A DNA stretch of 64,000 nucleotides, from IMG/VR virus record IMGVR_UViG_3300025016_000004. One strand, written 5' to 3'. Source of the stretch: a virus. Its lineage: Duplodnaviria > Caudoviricetes. A model generated the notes under the pieces. That model ran no database searches and was not told the origin of the DNA. It was given only the letters and a program-made list of their open reading frames with translations. This document shows, piece after piece, positions 38,434-48,322 of this stretch. Positions within the stretch are counted from its first letter, which is position 1, and every line of letters starts with the position of its first letter. A program made the position numbers and the translations under genes.

Positions 38434-38920
38434 TTTTACGCTCCTTTTTATAAAAATTTTAATAGAGATGTTAAGAATGTTTATTCTATTGATAAAATTA
38501 TCAAAAAATATATCCCCAAAGAAGAAGAAAATGAAATAAAATTTAAGATAAAATCAAATAATAGTAAAAATAGGCGTGAGACTGAAGAAAGTAAAATTAA
38601 TCGCTCTAAAGGTCAGGTAGGTAAAACACTTTCTGAAGAAACTAAAGAAAAAATAAGGTTAAGTAAATTAGGTAGTAAACATACAATTGATTCTAAAAAT
38701 AAAGTAAAAAAAAATAATAAACGAACTATTAAATTTAGTAGGATAGAAATAAAATTTATTTTAAAATCAATTAAAAATAAAAATAGTAAGAGAAATACAA
38801 TATCTATTTTAAACGATAAATTTGGTTATAATATAAATTTATCTAGTACTAGTGTTATTGATAGAGTAATTAAAGATTTTACTAAAAAATTTGGTAGTTA
38901 ATTTTATTTTACGTATCTTT
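38434..38920 (+). pseudogene. IS left-end scar followed by a NUMOD3 endonuclease remnant
   Basis: TTTTACGCTCCTTTTTATAAA; GKTLSEETKEKIR. Confidence 0.5.
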
Positions 38921-38937
38921 GTAGAAAATATAATAAA

Positions 38938-39204
38938 ATGAAAAGAGAATTATCGGATTTAGAAAGAAATGAAATCGATATCAATGTAGTTGGTTATTCA
39001 GCTACAGGTAAAAGCACAATTCAATATTTAATTTAATAAGTTTTAAAAGACTATGGTTTTAATGTTGTAGTTCGTAGTAATGACCATGAATGGATTATAT
39101 CCCAACCATATAGGGAATTAGAAAAAAGGATGGATATTGTAATAAAAAGTAATAGAGTTATTAATATCAACGAAGTACAAGCCGTTAAAAATATTAAACA
39201 ATAA
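38938..39204 (+). pseudogene. Small P-loop-like gene with in-frame TAA TAA
   Basis: GYSATGKSTIQYLI**VLKDYG. Confidence 0.55.
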
Positions 39205-39416
39205 TGGATGGATTAAGTGATTGTGTAGAAATTAAAGAACCAGTAACTGTTGGTCAAGAATTTATTGAATGGGCTGAGAAGTATTGGTTATTAGATAAAT
39301 TAACAAAAATCGACACTCCTGATAATTTTGCTGGTGAGGTTTGTGATTATCAGTATATGCGTAAAATTTTCATTGAAAAAATAAATGGTATTATCAATAC
39401 TAGATTAAGAAATTAA
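39204..39416 (+). CDS. Hypothetical protein
   Basis: ORF track. Confidence 0.5.
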   Translation: MDGLSDCVEIKEPVTVGQEFIEWAEKYWLLDKLTKIDTPDNFAGEVCDYQYMRKIFIEKINGIINTRLRN

Positions 39417-39436
39417 TAATTTAAAACTTAGAAATC

Positions 39437-40444
39437 ATAGGAGGTAGAGCACTTAAAAACACCTTTACAAGAAGGTACGAAAGACAAGAATTTGAAGATA
39501 TCAAGAATGAAATTTTTGATGTTCTTTCAAAAACATTCTTAAGATACGACATACCACGATTCTTCGCTAAGAAAGAAACGTTTGGTGATATCGATATCAT
39601 TATATCAATGGATGGTTTTTATGGTAACATGAATGACTATATTGATGCAACATTTAAACCAAATGAAATTTTTCATAATGGTAACGCATGGTCATTTGAC
39701 TATAAGGAGCTTCAAGTGGATTTCATTACATGTGCCGATGAGGATTATGATTCTAATTATCACTACTTAGCGTTTAACGATTTAGGAAATTTTCTGGGAA
39801 GATTAGCCCAATCAATTGGATTTAAAAGTGGTCAAGAAGGGTTATGGTATAATTATTTTAGTGATGCTAATACCAAAACTAAAATTATGGTATCAAAAGA
39901 CTACCCTAAGATTTTTCAATTTTTAGGTTTAGATTACCAAAAATGGTTAGATGGGTTTGACACGCTTGAAGATATATTTGAATATACAATGACATCATCA
40001 TTATTCAACCCTGAAATGTTTCAATTAAGTCAATTAAATAAGATTAACCGTGAGAGAAATCTTAAACGAGCATCTTATATGGCTTTCTTAGATTACATTG
40101 AAGATAAACCAGCACATCCTGAGTATAATGAGAATGTGGTTAAATATGCTAAGAATAATATTATTGAGGTTATTAGAAGTTGGTTTCCAGAGGCTAATAT
40201 TGATATAAGATTAGCTGAAATTGAATATAAAGCTGCCAAGAAAAAGCTGGTTAATATGAAGTTCAACGGTAAAACCGTAATGGAGAGATATGGTCTTCAA
40301 GGTAAAGAATTAGGTGAAGCTATATATACTTTTAAAGATTATGTATGTACTGTGTATTATGGTAATGATTTTGATGATATTATAGTTGATAGTGATGTAG
40401 AATATATCTATGCTTTATTCGAACAAGCCAACAATATTAAATAA
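39437..40444 (+). CDS. Nucleotidyltransferase-fold protein; start codon is ATA
   Basis: (I)GGRAL...KETFGDIDII is in frame with ORF 39608. Confidence 0.7.
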   Translation: MGGRALKNTFTRRYERQEFEDIKNEIFDVLSKTFLRYDIPRFFAKKETFGDIDIIISMDGFYGNMNDYIDATFKPNEIFHNGNAWSFDYKELQVDFITCADEDYDSNYHYLAFNDLGNFLGRLAQSIGFKSGQEGLWYNYFSDANTKTKIMVSKDYPKIFQFLGLDYQKWLDGFDTLEDIFEYTMTSSLFNPEMFQLSQLNKINRERNLKRASYMAFLDYIEDKPAHPEYNENVVKYAKNNIIEVIRSWFPEANIDIRLAEIEYKAAKKKLVNMKFNGKTVMERYGLQGKELGEAIYTFKDYVCTVYYGNDFDDIIVDSDVEYIYALFEQANNIK

Positions 40445-40745
40445 AAGGATTGCCTGATTGCTCCAAAAACTCGAAATTGTTATGTAAAGATTGACATTCA
40501 GAAATAAAATTCTGGATGTCTTTTTTTTCTAATACAAACCATTCACCCTTCAATCGCTTGGTTCCATAACGCTTATGCAACGCACCTTCAATTTTATTAT
40601 TGTATTTAGATTCAAATTCAGCCACAACATCAATCACATCACCATTTCCTGTCTGCAAATTCTTGATTCTCTTTTTACCGTTATATTTGGTAATACCAAT
40701 CTTATATTGGTCATTGTTGTTCGTTAATAAATAAATTACTCCCAT
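40437..40745 (-). CDS. GIY-YIG/T5orf172-domain protein
   Basis: IYLL..YKIGIT...LQTGN...EGALH...GEWF. Confidence 0.82.
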   Translation of the reverse strand: MGVIYLLTNNNDQYKIGITKYNGKKRIKNLQTGNGDVIDVVAEFESKYNNKIEGALHKRYGTKRLKGEWFVLEKKDIQNFISECQSLHNNFEFLEQSGNPFI

Positions 40746-40833
40746 ATTTTAATTTTATGGAAATATGGAAAAAATAATCCATTAAGTAAAGGTAAAACTT
40801 TGATTTATCATTAATTTTTAGTATATTTGTACT

Positions 40834-41265
40834 ATGAATAGAATGTTTGCTACATTTGATAGATTCATCAACTATCAAACCGTAAGTCGGAGATTGGTTT
40901 TTAATAATTTAGTTAATGAATTGGGTGAAAAAATCGATGGTGAAGTTTATATTGATAACCAAATGGTTATTGCATATATGAAGTTGAAATTTGGTGATAG
41001 GTACTTCATTAAATTTGGCGATATCCAAGATGGGGTTCTGATTAATATTAGTGAAACCAAACATATTAATAAAAAGGTTAAATGCGACATTTTCAGACGT
41101 TTTAAGGACGAAATGCATTTTATTGGTGGCAAACATCAAGGAAAGAAAGATAGTGACTTAGATGAAGCTGAATTGAGTAATTATTGCATCTGGTTGGCCA
41201 GACAGTCATATAACGAAGCAACAATAAAGAATTGTTTAATAATATTAAAAAAATTACATGGATAA
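40834..41265 (+). CDS. Hypothetical protein
   Basis: ORF track; promoter motif. Confidence 0.6.
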   Translation: MNRMFATFDRFINYQTVSRRLVFNNLVNELGEKIDGEVYIDNQMVIAYMKLKFGDRYFIKFGDIQDGVLINISETKHINKKVKCDIFRRFKDEMHFIGGKHQGKKDSDLDEAELSNYCIWLARQSYNEATIKNCLIILKKLHG

Positions 41266-41482
41266 GCATTTAAAAGAGTATTTAGACGAAAAATTAGACC
41301 TAGAGGAAAGATTAAGAATGTTAAATGTTATTATAGAAGGCATTCAAGATAGATGTAATTATGACCAACATAAGGATAAGGATGGTAATGGTTATATGAC
41401 ACTCCAATTTAATACAGATGATAGGCGTTTTATAAAATGGAGCGTAAAACCCATCCATCGCTTTTGCGTGGATGGGATGTAA
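41258..41482 (+). pseudogene. Small gene truncated by an IS left end (41434-~41490)
   Basis: TTTAT then AAAATGGAGCGTAAAACCC hairpin. Confidence 0.6.
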
Positions 41483-41610
41483 GCGACAAAGGCTAACCTT
41501 GGAACAACAATATGGTATGAAAAAGGTTGATGACGCTTTCTTGTATGACCAAGCATGTAATTCTGTAGGTTCCAGTTGGGAATGCAGAGATTGTATAATA
41601 AAATAAAGTT

Positions 41611-42492
41611 ATGAAAGGAATTATATTAGCTGGCGGTGCTGGAACAAGGTTGCACCCACTCACAATTAGCGTTAGTAAACAACTAATGCCAATATACGAT
41701 AAACCAATGATTTATTACCCATTATCAACGCTTATGTTGGCTGGAATTAATGAAATACTTATAATTACAACCCCAGAGGACCAACACTTATTTAAAAAAT
41801 TATTGGGTGATGGAACTCATTTAGGTTGTAGATTTGAGTATGCTGTTCAAGAACAGCCCAATGGGTTAGCTGAAGCATTTATTATAGGTGAAGAATTTAT
41901 TGGAAGTGATAGTGTAGCATTGATATTAGGTGATAATATATTTTATAGTGGTGGTTTATCTAAAATTTTACAGCAATGCGTTGAAGATATTGATACTGGT
42001 TTTGAAGCTGGAATTATTTTTGGGTACCACGTAAAAGACCCTGAAAGATTTGGTGTTGTGGAATTTGATTCTGAAGGTAGCGTAATATCAATTGAAGAAA
42101 AACCTGAAACCCCTAAATCTGGATATGCAATACCAGGTTTATATTTTTACCCTAATAGTGTGATTAATATAGCTAAAACTATACAACCTAGTGATAGAGG
42201 TGAATTAGAAATATCTTCAATTAATCAAGTATACTTAGAAAATAATTCTTTAGCCGTTGTTAAATTAAATAGAGGTACTGCTTGGTTAGATACTGGGACA
42301 TTTGATTCATTGAATGAAGCTAGTGATTTTGTCAAAGCAACCCAAAATCTTCAAAACCTTAAAATAGGTTGTATTGAAGAAGTTGCTTGGAGAATGCGAT
42401 ATATTGATTCACAACAACTCGTTGAACTGTCACATTCGTTGGGTAAAAGTGGATACGGTCAATATTTAACAGATATTATCAAAGAATATTGA
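41611..42492 (+). CDS. rfbA: Glucose-1-phosphate thymidylyltransferase
   Basis: GIILAGG.GTRLHP.T..VSKQL.PIYDKP; RGELEI; WLDTGT. Confidence 0.96.
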   Translation: MKGIILAGGAGTRLHPLTISVSKQLMPIYDKPMIYYPLSTLMLAGINEILIITTPEDQHLFKKLLGDGTHLGCRFEYAVQEQPNGLAEAFIIGEEFIGSDSVALILGDNIFYSGGLSKILQQCVEDIDTGFEAGIIFGYHVKDPERFGVVEFDSEGSVISIEEKPETPKSGYAIPGLYFYPNSVINIAKTIQPSDRGELEISSINQVYLENNSLAVVKLNRGTAWLDTGTFDSLNEASDFVKATQNLQNLKIGCIEEVAWRMRYIDSQQLVELSHSLGKSGYGQYLTDIIKEY

Positions 42493-42544
42493 TATTTATT
42501 TGTGTAAGACTTAATAAATTCATATATTTGTACTATAAAAATTA

Positions 42545-43126
42545 ATGATGGAAGACGAGCAATTTGAGAAAGCTAAAAGATTTTTAAATGAGAAAAAAAT
42601 TCCCATATCTGAGGAAATTTTAAACTTATTTTTTAATGGTATTGAAAATGTGACAATAATCACTGAGGAAGACCTTAAAACAATTGATTTTAAAACTCTA
42701 GGTGATGCTGATGATATTAAAACAATATCAGGTACTGAGTGGGTAGCTTCTAGATTAATCTGGAATACCCTTGATGGACCAATATGTAGCGTTAATTTAA
42801 TTAAAATAGGCCAATTTAACCTTAAAAACCCCTTTGATATTATGAATGGATTATATTCCAATAAACCAAATTACCCATACGGTAAAGAAAATGTTATAGA
42901 TATTGATTACGAAGATATATTACCTTTACCATTTACAGAACAGTTAGCACTTGCAATAGAAGTTGAAGATTTTGAAGAAGCGGCAAGATTGAGAGACTGG
43001 GATACTGGTCTTAAAAATTTATTATTAAAATTAAAACCCCTAATACTAGACGCACTTAAAAAAGAAGATGTTACAAAATTAGACGATTATTTAACTCAAA
43101 TTAGGGATTACCGAAAAACATTATAA
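42545..43126 (+). CDS. Hypothetical protein with a UVR-like motif
   Basis: AIEVEDFEEAARLRD. Confidence 0.6.
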   Translation: MMEDEQFEKAKRFLNEKKIPISEEILNLFFNGIENVTIITEEDLKTIDFKTLGDADDIKTISGTEWVASRLIWNTLDGPICSVNLIKIGQFNLKNPFDIMNGLYSNKPNYPYGKENVIDIDYEDILPLPFTEQLALAIEVEDFEEAARLRDWDTGLKNLLLKLKPLILDALKKEDVTKLDDYLTQIRDYRKTL

Positions 43127-43485
43127 TGAAAGTTAGTTTTGATTTTGATAGTACGCTATCAACACCTTTAATTCAAAGGTTGGCTAAACGTCATATTAAA
43201 TATGGTGACGAAGTTCATATTACCACCACTAGGCAACATGAAGATGATAGTCTAGGGTTTACAAATGAGTATTTATATAAAGTGGCCAATAGATTAGGGA
43301 TTAAAAAAGAAAATATACACTTTACCAAATTTCAAGATAAAGTTCATTTTCTTAAAACATTCGATATGCATTATGATGATGATGAGCATGAAATCGATTT
43401 AATCACAAGGTCAGACCTACCATGCTTAGGTATTCTTATAAATTATAAGAATTATTACCTTGATAATGAGGAAGTTAAAAAATAA
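43126..43485 (+). CDS. HAD-superfamily-like protein
   Basis: SFDFDSTL; HYDDD. Confidence 0.7.
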   Translation: MKVSFDFDSTLSTPLIQRLAKRHIKYGDEVHITTTRQHEDDSLGFTNEYLYKVANRLGIKKENIHFTKFQDKVHFLKTFDMHYDDDEHEIDLITRSDLPCLGILINYKNYYLDNEEVKK

Positions 43486-43500
43486 TTTAAAAAAAAGTAT

Positions 43501-43557
43501 AAAAAAACTTGTTTTTTATTTAAACAATTACTATATTTGCACATATATATTAACAAG
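43501..43557 (+). promoter_or_regulatory. Promoter P2
   Basis: TTG 43509-11; TATATTTG 43532-39. Confidence 0.8.
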
Positions 43558-43626
43558 AGATAGGATAATACATCTGGACAAACCCAAATGGGAAAGGATT
43601 GAATCTGAACAGTCTCTTAAATAAAA

Positions 43627-43710
43627 ATGAAAATGAAAACTTTAGTAACTTTATTATCTTTATGTCTGTTGGTCGTGTGTACTGACACATCGAGTTATGT
43701 AATTACTTAA
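43627..43710 (+). CDS. Leader peptide 2: MKMKTLVTLLSLCLLVVCTDTSSYVIT
   Basis: 11 of codons 6-18 are L/V/C; antiterminator ACATCGAGTT at 43687-96. Confidence 0.85.
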   Translation: MKMKTLVTLLSLCLLVVCTDTSSYVIT

Positions 43711-43742
43711 AGGATTTATTTATATATTTTTTAAATTGTTAT

Positions 43743-43775
43743 AAAAGCTCGATGTTAACGCATCGAGCTTTTTTA
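43743..43775 (+). terminator. Attenuator terminator 2
   Basis: AAAAGCTCGATG-TTAACG-CATCGAGCTTTTTT. Confidence 0.9.
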
Positions 43776-43776
43776 T

Positions 43777-43861
43777 GCACTAGTGCTCCGAGTGGTCGAA
43801 GGGGGTGGTCTGCAAAACCGCCAGAGAAATCTCAACGTTGGTTCGAATCCAACCTAGTGCT
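43777..43861 (+). tRNA. trnC: tRNA-Cys(GCA) with a long variable arm
   Basis: GTGGT-CTGCAAA-ACCGC; U73. Confidence 0.9.
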
Positions 43862-43873
43862 CAAAATAAAAAT

Positions 43874-43959
43874 GCGGCCATAGTTCAGTAGGTCAAGAGC
43901 ACCACCCTTACAAGGTGGGGGCGAATAGTATAACGGGGGTTCGAATCCCTCTGGCCGCA
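43874..43959 (+). tRNA. trnV: tRNA-Val(TAC) with a long variable region
   Basis: CCACC-CTTACAA-GGTGG. Confidence 0.85.
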
Positions 43960-44019
43960 CAACAATTGTGAGGCCATCTGTTATGTTGCAACATAAAATG
44001 ATGGTCTGAATATCTAAAT

Positions 44020-44151
44020 GAGCGTATGGTGAAATTGGTAGCCACGGGGACCTAACCGTCTTAATGACTAGCCGCAGACTTGCCATCTGGGTTGAAGGGT
44101 GAACCCTCTGTTATAGGCATATACGTATAGGTTCGAATCCTATTGCAGTTA
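44020..44151 (+). pseudogene. tRNA-Leu-like gene with a ~55-nt structured insertion
   Basis: Leu-type D-arm and T-arm; inserted hairpins. Confidence 0.5.
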
Positions 44152-44164
44152 TTTAGATGATAAT

Positions 44165-44250
44165 GGGGATGTGGTGGAATTGGTAGACACGCTGGTTTTA
44201 AGCATCAGTGCCTCGAAAGGGGCGTGTGGGTTCGACTCCCACCATCCCCA
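44165..44250 (+). tRNA. trnL: tRNA-Leu(TAA)
   Basis: Type II cloverleaf. Confidence 0.92.
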
Positions 44251-44255
44251 CAATT

Positions 44256-44329
44256 GGCCCCATAGCTCAGTGGTTTAGAGCGTCTCTTTTACACGGAGAA
44301 GGTCTTAGGTTCGATTCCTAATGGGGCTA
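44256..44329 (+). tRNA. trnV: tRNA-Val(TAC)
   Basis: Canonical cloverleaf. Confidence 0.92.
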
Positions 44330-44493
44330 CATGAAAAATTGGAATAAAATAATAGCACCAAAAGTTGAAATGTCTATGAATGAATTGGTTAAAACAAAGT
44401 CATCAAATATAGAAGGTTATTTTGAAATAATAGAAAAATTAACATGTAGTAAAATAATAAAAAACGATAATAATATATCAATTTTTATGTAAG

Positions 44494-44570
44494 CACCCCC
44501 ATGGTGCACGTTGGAATGCACAACAGGTTTAAGCCCTGTCGTTTCGTGGGTTCGATTCCCACTGGGGTAC
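44494..44570 (+). tRNA. tRNA with anticodon TAA (Leu) but a short variable loop
   Basis: ACAGG-TTTAAGC-CCTGT; 6-nt variable loop. Confidence 0.78.
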
Positions 44571-44910
44571 AAAATTAAAATTATGGAAATTAGAATAACA
44601 AAAACTCCGTATTCAATATTTAAAGATGTTCCAAAAATTAACTATTTTTGGGTATATAGAAAATATAAATATGTGAAAGGGTTTCGTTTTAGGTTTTTTG
44701 GTTATAATTTTAACGTAACTGAAAATTTTGCAACATATAAATTAATCAATAAGTTTAAAAACAATGAAAACGCATACAATTGAAGTTTCGGAAGTTGACA
44801 TGAAAGGTTCTAAATATGAAATTAGTGAATGGCATAAACGAGTTGATGTTGTTAGGTGGGAACATGACTATGAAGATAAAATATATAGAATTACAATTAG
44901 AATAAAATAA

Positions 44911-44947
44911 CCCTCTATGCTGTACGTTGGAATTCAGCGTGGCTTTT
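44911..44947 (+). pseudogene. 5' half of a split tRNA-Leu
   Basis: CCCTCTA pairs with TAGAGGG at 45181-87. Confidence 0.75.
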
Positions 44948-44961
44948 ATTATTATTAAACT

Positions 44962-45048
44962 GCCCTTATGAGCAAAATGGCAAAGCTTGCTGGTTTAGAC
45001 CCAGTGGAAAACATAAGAAACGTTCTCAGTTCGACTCTGAGTAAGGGT
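44962..45048 (+). tRNA. trnL: tRNA-Leu(TAG)
   Basis: GCTGG-TTTAGAC-CCAGT; long variable arm. Confidence 0.88.
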
Positions 45049-45099
45049 ACAATCCGAAGTATTAATTTTAAAGTAAAAATAATTTAATTTTTCCTAACT

Positions 45100-45188
45100 G
45101 TTACGGATAACGCAATTAGAAAATGGATTAAAAGTTCTTTAAGTAAGTAGACCCCACGATTTCGTCAGTTCGATTCTGACTAGAGGGA
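45100..45188 (+). pseudogene. HNH C-terminal remnant (VTDNAIRKWIK) fused to the 3' half of tRNA-Leu(TAG), 45148-45188
   Basis: The remnant stop codon TAG is the anticodon. Confidence 0.75.
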
Positions 45189-45221
45189 CTTTGGAACTTT
45201 TGTACCTTTCTACATATTTAT

Positions 45222-45268
45222 ATTTTGGAGCGTAAAACCCATTGGTCTTTAGCTAATGGGTAGTTCAC
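45222..45268 (+). mobile_element. IS200/IS605-derived mini-MITE
   Basis: TTTAT flank; GAGCGTAAAACCC...GGGTAGTTCAC. Confidence 0.75.
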
Positions 45269-45538
45269 TGAAAATCTACACGCAATGGCCAAAGATTTAA
45301 ACATCAAACGATGTTGATTCCATAAGAATCACTATGATATACCAAAAAAACGTATTGAAGAAATTACCAAATAATGCACATTGGTATCCCCTAGAGATAT
45401 TCATAAAATAATACATAATCTATAATACTGGTATTTAGTCGAATAAGTTTTGTAGCTAAAATAATAACAATTATTTTAGCTAAACTATTGATTAATACTA
45501 TTTATTGAATATATTAGGTATATAAAATAATTAATATT

Positions 45539-45733
45539 ATGACACAAACAGAAAAAGCTGAAAGATTTGAAAGCTTAACAAGAGAAAGTGATGTTATCCA
45601 AAGGGAGATATCAAAATTACAATCAGCAAATGCTGGTATTAACACAACATCCGAAGAATACGATAATAAACTTAATCATTTAAGACATAGGTTATCAATT
45701 TTAGAACAAGAGATGGTAAAATTATTTATATGA
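45539..45733 (+). CDS. Small coiled-coil protein
   Basis: ORF track. Confidence 0.6.
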   Translation: MTQTEKAERFESLTRESDVIQREISKLQSANAGINTTSEEYDNKLNHLRHRLSILEQEMVKLFI

Positions 45734-46044
45734 ATCTAAATGAAAATTTAAACGAAGAATTAGTTGAAGCATTAAAAAATATCTACCCAATTAGAGAAAA
45801 TCTAAGGAAGGAGTTGTTAAAAACTTATGATGAAGAATTATTAGATAAATTAAATGCTTTGAATAAAATGATTGAGAATGCTGAAATTTTAATCAACAAA
45901 TCTCAAGATGTTAAAAAGTTTTATGCTGAACAATACCCTGATTATGTCGATGAAAACAATCATATCAACGAAATAGGTATAAATAGAATAAGCATTTTGA
46001 AAAAAAAATGGAAAAAATTAGGCTATCTAAAAAAGAATTCATAA
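45730..46044 (+). CDS. Hypothetical protein
   Basis: ORF track. Confidence 0.6.
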   Translation: MNLNENLNEELVEALKNIYPIRENLRKELLKTYDEELLDKLNALNKMIENAEILINKSQDVKKFYAEQYPDYVDENNHINEIGINRISILKKKWKKLGYLKKNS

Positions 46045-46070
46045 ATTAGCCGAATTAAAATTAGAAAAAC

Positions 46071-46520
46071 ATGAAAAAAACAGCCCTACTTGTATTATTA
46101 ATGTTGACATTAACCTTTAGTTTTGGACAAACCAATGGGTCAGTAATTATGAACGATTCACTTATTGTTCAATATCTTGAGGAATTCGTTGACGAAGCCG
46201 CCCAAAATGGCTACGATATTCAAGAACAATTATTAAGTAAAGTTAGTTATATACTAATAGCAAAAGAGGATAAGCAAATTGAAGGTTTATCTGAAATTGA
46301 TTTGAATAACAAATTAATCTTATTGGACCCCAAAGTTCGTTTAGATAGATTAATATTAAAAGCAAGGCTATATAGAGAGTTATGTCACGCTTTAGGTGTA
46401 CCATATGACACTGGTAGTGTTATGATGGATAGGGTTAAAGAAAAAGGTTTTTCTTATGTGGCATTTGATGATTCTGAAATACTTAGCATTGAATTAGGTA
46501 AAGTTCTGAAATTAATTTAA
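46071..46520 (+). CDS. Exported protein
   Basis: Signal peptide. Confidence 0.65.
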   Translation: MKKTALLVLLMLTLTFSFGQTNGSVIMNDSLIVQYLEEFVDEAAQNGYDIQEQLLSKVSYILIAKEDKQIEGLSEIDLNNKLILLDPKVRLDRLILKARLYRELCHALGVPYDTGSVMMDRVKEKGFSYVAFDDSEILSIELGKVLKLI

Positions 46521-46580
46521 AAAATCAAGGTTTTAATTAATTGAAAATCAAATAATTTAAAAATAATTTAAAAATAATTG

Positions 46581-46638
46581 CAAAAAAATTTGTTTTATAT
46601 TGAAACATTTACTATATTTGCACTATATATTAATAACG
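46581..46638 (+). promoter_or_regulatory. Promoter P3
   Basis: TTTG 46589-92; TATATTTG 46613-20. Confidence 0.8.
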
Positions 46639-46668
46639 GTATTAATAAAGTACCACAAAATAAAAGTA

Positions 46669-46764
46669 ATGAGAAACTTAATTAACATATTTGAAAACGA
46701 ATTTTTCGCAGCCGAGGCAGATTTTAGCTTGGGTAGGATGAGAATTGTCAAAAATGAAAGTTAA
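46669..46764 (+). CDS. Leader peptide 3: MRNLINIFENEFFAAEADFSLGRMRIVKNES
   Basis: 11 of codons 8-19 are F/E/A/D; antiterminator GGATGAGA at 46736-43. Confidence 0.85.
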   Translation: MRNLINIFENEFFAAEADFSLGRMRIVKNES

Positions 46765-46796
46765 GTTATTTAAAAAATAATAAAAACAATAAGACA

Positions 46797-46829
46797 AAAT
46801 CTCATCCAAATCGGATGAGATTTTTTTTT
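46797..46829 (+). terminator. Attenuator terminator 3
   Basis: AAAATCTCATCC-AAATC-GGATGAGATTTTTTTTT. Confidence 0.9.
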
Positions 46830-46838
46830 GTTATAAAC

Positions 46839-46911
46839 GGATGTGAGGTGTTGTAGGTAACATGCTTGACTGTCACTCAAGCGATTGCGGGTTCGACCCC
46901 CGTGACATCCG
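46839..46911 (+). tRNA. trnD: tRNA-Asp(GTC)
   Basis: CTTGA-CTGTCAC-TCAAG; G73. Confidence 0.9.
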
Positions 46912-46995
46912 CAAAATTAAATTTGATTATCATGGGATAAATAAAGAAGTGATTAAGAATTTCCTACTTAATCGAGATGAAACTGGAAGAGAGAT

Positions 46996-47254
46996 AATGT
47001 TCTATCCAGAAACAGGAAAAAAGTATTATATTGAATGGATAGGTGATGGTTATAGTAAATGGGGAGATTTCGACCCAGTAACTAAAAAATTCACTGGTAA
47101 TTATGGAACTAAATATAGAGGTTCAGTAACACCTAAAGAATCTGTAATCACTAAAGAGAATGGATTCAATGATATTCATGAAGGTAAAGGTTCAGCGTAT
47201 GAACACGTAAATTGGTTGCATAACCAATGGAAAAAAGAAAATGGTTATGGGTAA
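46996..47254 (+). CDS. Hypothetical phage protein
   Basis: 3' part of track ORF 46862; start placed after the tRNA at about MFYPETGKKY. Confidence 0.55.
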
Positions 47255-47423
47255 GATTGATAAAAAGAGAAATAGATTAATTGAGAGAATCAAAATGTTA
47301 GAAGATGAATTAACTTTATCTTTAACTAAAAAAACCTCTAATACTGTGGAAATTAATGTACCACTTCAACAAAGAAAGATTCAGGAGTTGAAAGAACAAT
47401 TAAGAGGGTTAATGTAACCCTCA

Positions 47424-47514
47424 AACAGTACCAGCGCATAACGGTTGGTGTACCTGACTGTCACTCAGGTTTGGTTTATCCATGTAGCGGGTTCGACTCC
47501 CGTTGTAGTTGCCA
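47424..47514 (+). tRNA. trnD: tRNA-Asp(GTC) with a long variable arm and encoded CCA
   Basis: ACCTGA-CTGTCAC-TCAGGT. Confidence 0.7.
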
Positions 47515-47575
47515 AAAATAAAACAAAGAATCATTGTTTTAACCCTTGTCGGGGAGGTTTTTAAATGGTTCATAA

Positions 47576-47646
47576 GGGGACTTCGAATAATGGTAGTTCG
47601 TATGGTTGAAGCCCATAAGGTAAGAGTTCGACTCTCTTAGTTCCCA
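47576..47646 (+). tRNA. trnF: tRNA-Phe(GAA)
   Basis: TATGG-TTGAAGC-CCATA. Confidence 0.85.
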
Positions 47647-47653
47647 CAAATTT

Positions 47654-47727
47654 GCTGCCGTAGTATAGCGGTCAAGTACACAAGGCTTTCAACCTTGCAG
47701 ACGCCAGTTCGAATCTGGTCGGCAGTA
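47654..47727 (+). tRNA. trnE: tRNA-Glu(TTC)
   Basis: CAAGG-CTTTCAA-CCTTG. Confidence 0.88.
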
Positions 47728-47738
47728 CAAATAATAAT

Positions 47739-47752
47739 GGTCGGGTAGAGCA
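47739..47752 (+). pseudogene. 5' fragment of a split tRNA-Phe
   Basis: GGTCGGG pairs with TCCGACC at 48446-52. Confidence 0.6.
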
Positions 47753-47830
47753 TAATAAGTTATTTGACATTTTGGTAGAATTTATTTTTTAAAAAATGTG
47801 TCTTTTAATAAAAACTTCATATTTATTAAT

Positions 47831-48322
47831 ATGAGTAGAGACGAAAAGATTATAGAAATGTATAACGCTGGTGAAACAGCCACAGTTATATCAAAAGAAT
47901 TAAAAATAGGTAGGAAAACAGTTTATAGAACTTTAGATAAGTTTAATATAACATTACATAAAAATAAACCTAATAATTGTCTAGTGTGTGGTAAGACATC
48001 TAAAAAGAAGTTATGTGGTACGTGTAACACTAATCTAAGGAGATATAGAGTCAAGAAATTAGCTGTTGAATATCTAGGTGGTGAATGTAAAAGATGTGGT
48101 TGGGAGGGTGATGTATCAGGATTTGATTTTCATCATAAAGACCCAAATCAAAAAGATTTTAATCCAAGTGGTTTAAACTTGGCTAATAAATCTTGGGAAA
48201 GGGGTAAAGAAGAATTGGATAAGTGTGAATTATTATGTGCACTGTGTCACAGATTAGAACATAGCACTTATGGGATTTTAGAAAAAATAAATTTAGAGTA
48301 TAAAGGTAAAACCTTTCTATAA
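47831..48322 (+). CDS. HNH homing endonuclease with an N-terminal HTH
   Basis: GFDFHH...LDKCELLCALCHRLEH. Confidence 0.88.
   Translation: MSRDEKIIEMYNAGETATVISKELKIGRKTVYRTLDKFNITLHKNKPNNCLVCGKTSKKKLCGTCNTNLRRYRVKKLAVEYLGGECKRCGWEGDVSGFDFHHKDPNQKDFNPSGLNLANKSWERGKEELDKCELLCALCHRLEHSTYGILEKINLEYKGKTFL

Noticed and set aside
43627-43710. Leader 2 as a lipoprotein signal-peptide remnant
   Set aside because: It shares promoter, antiterminator and terminator architecture with three non-hydrophobic leaders, and its L/V/C content matches the downstream tRNAs.
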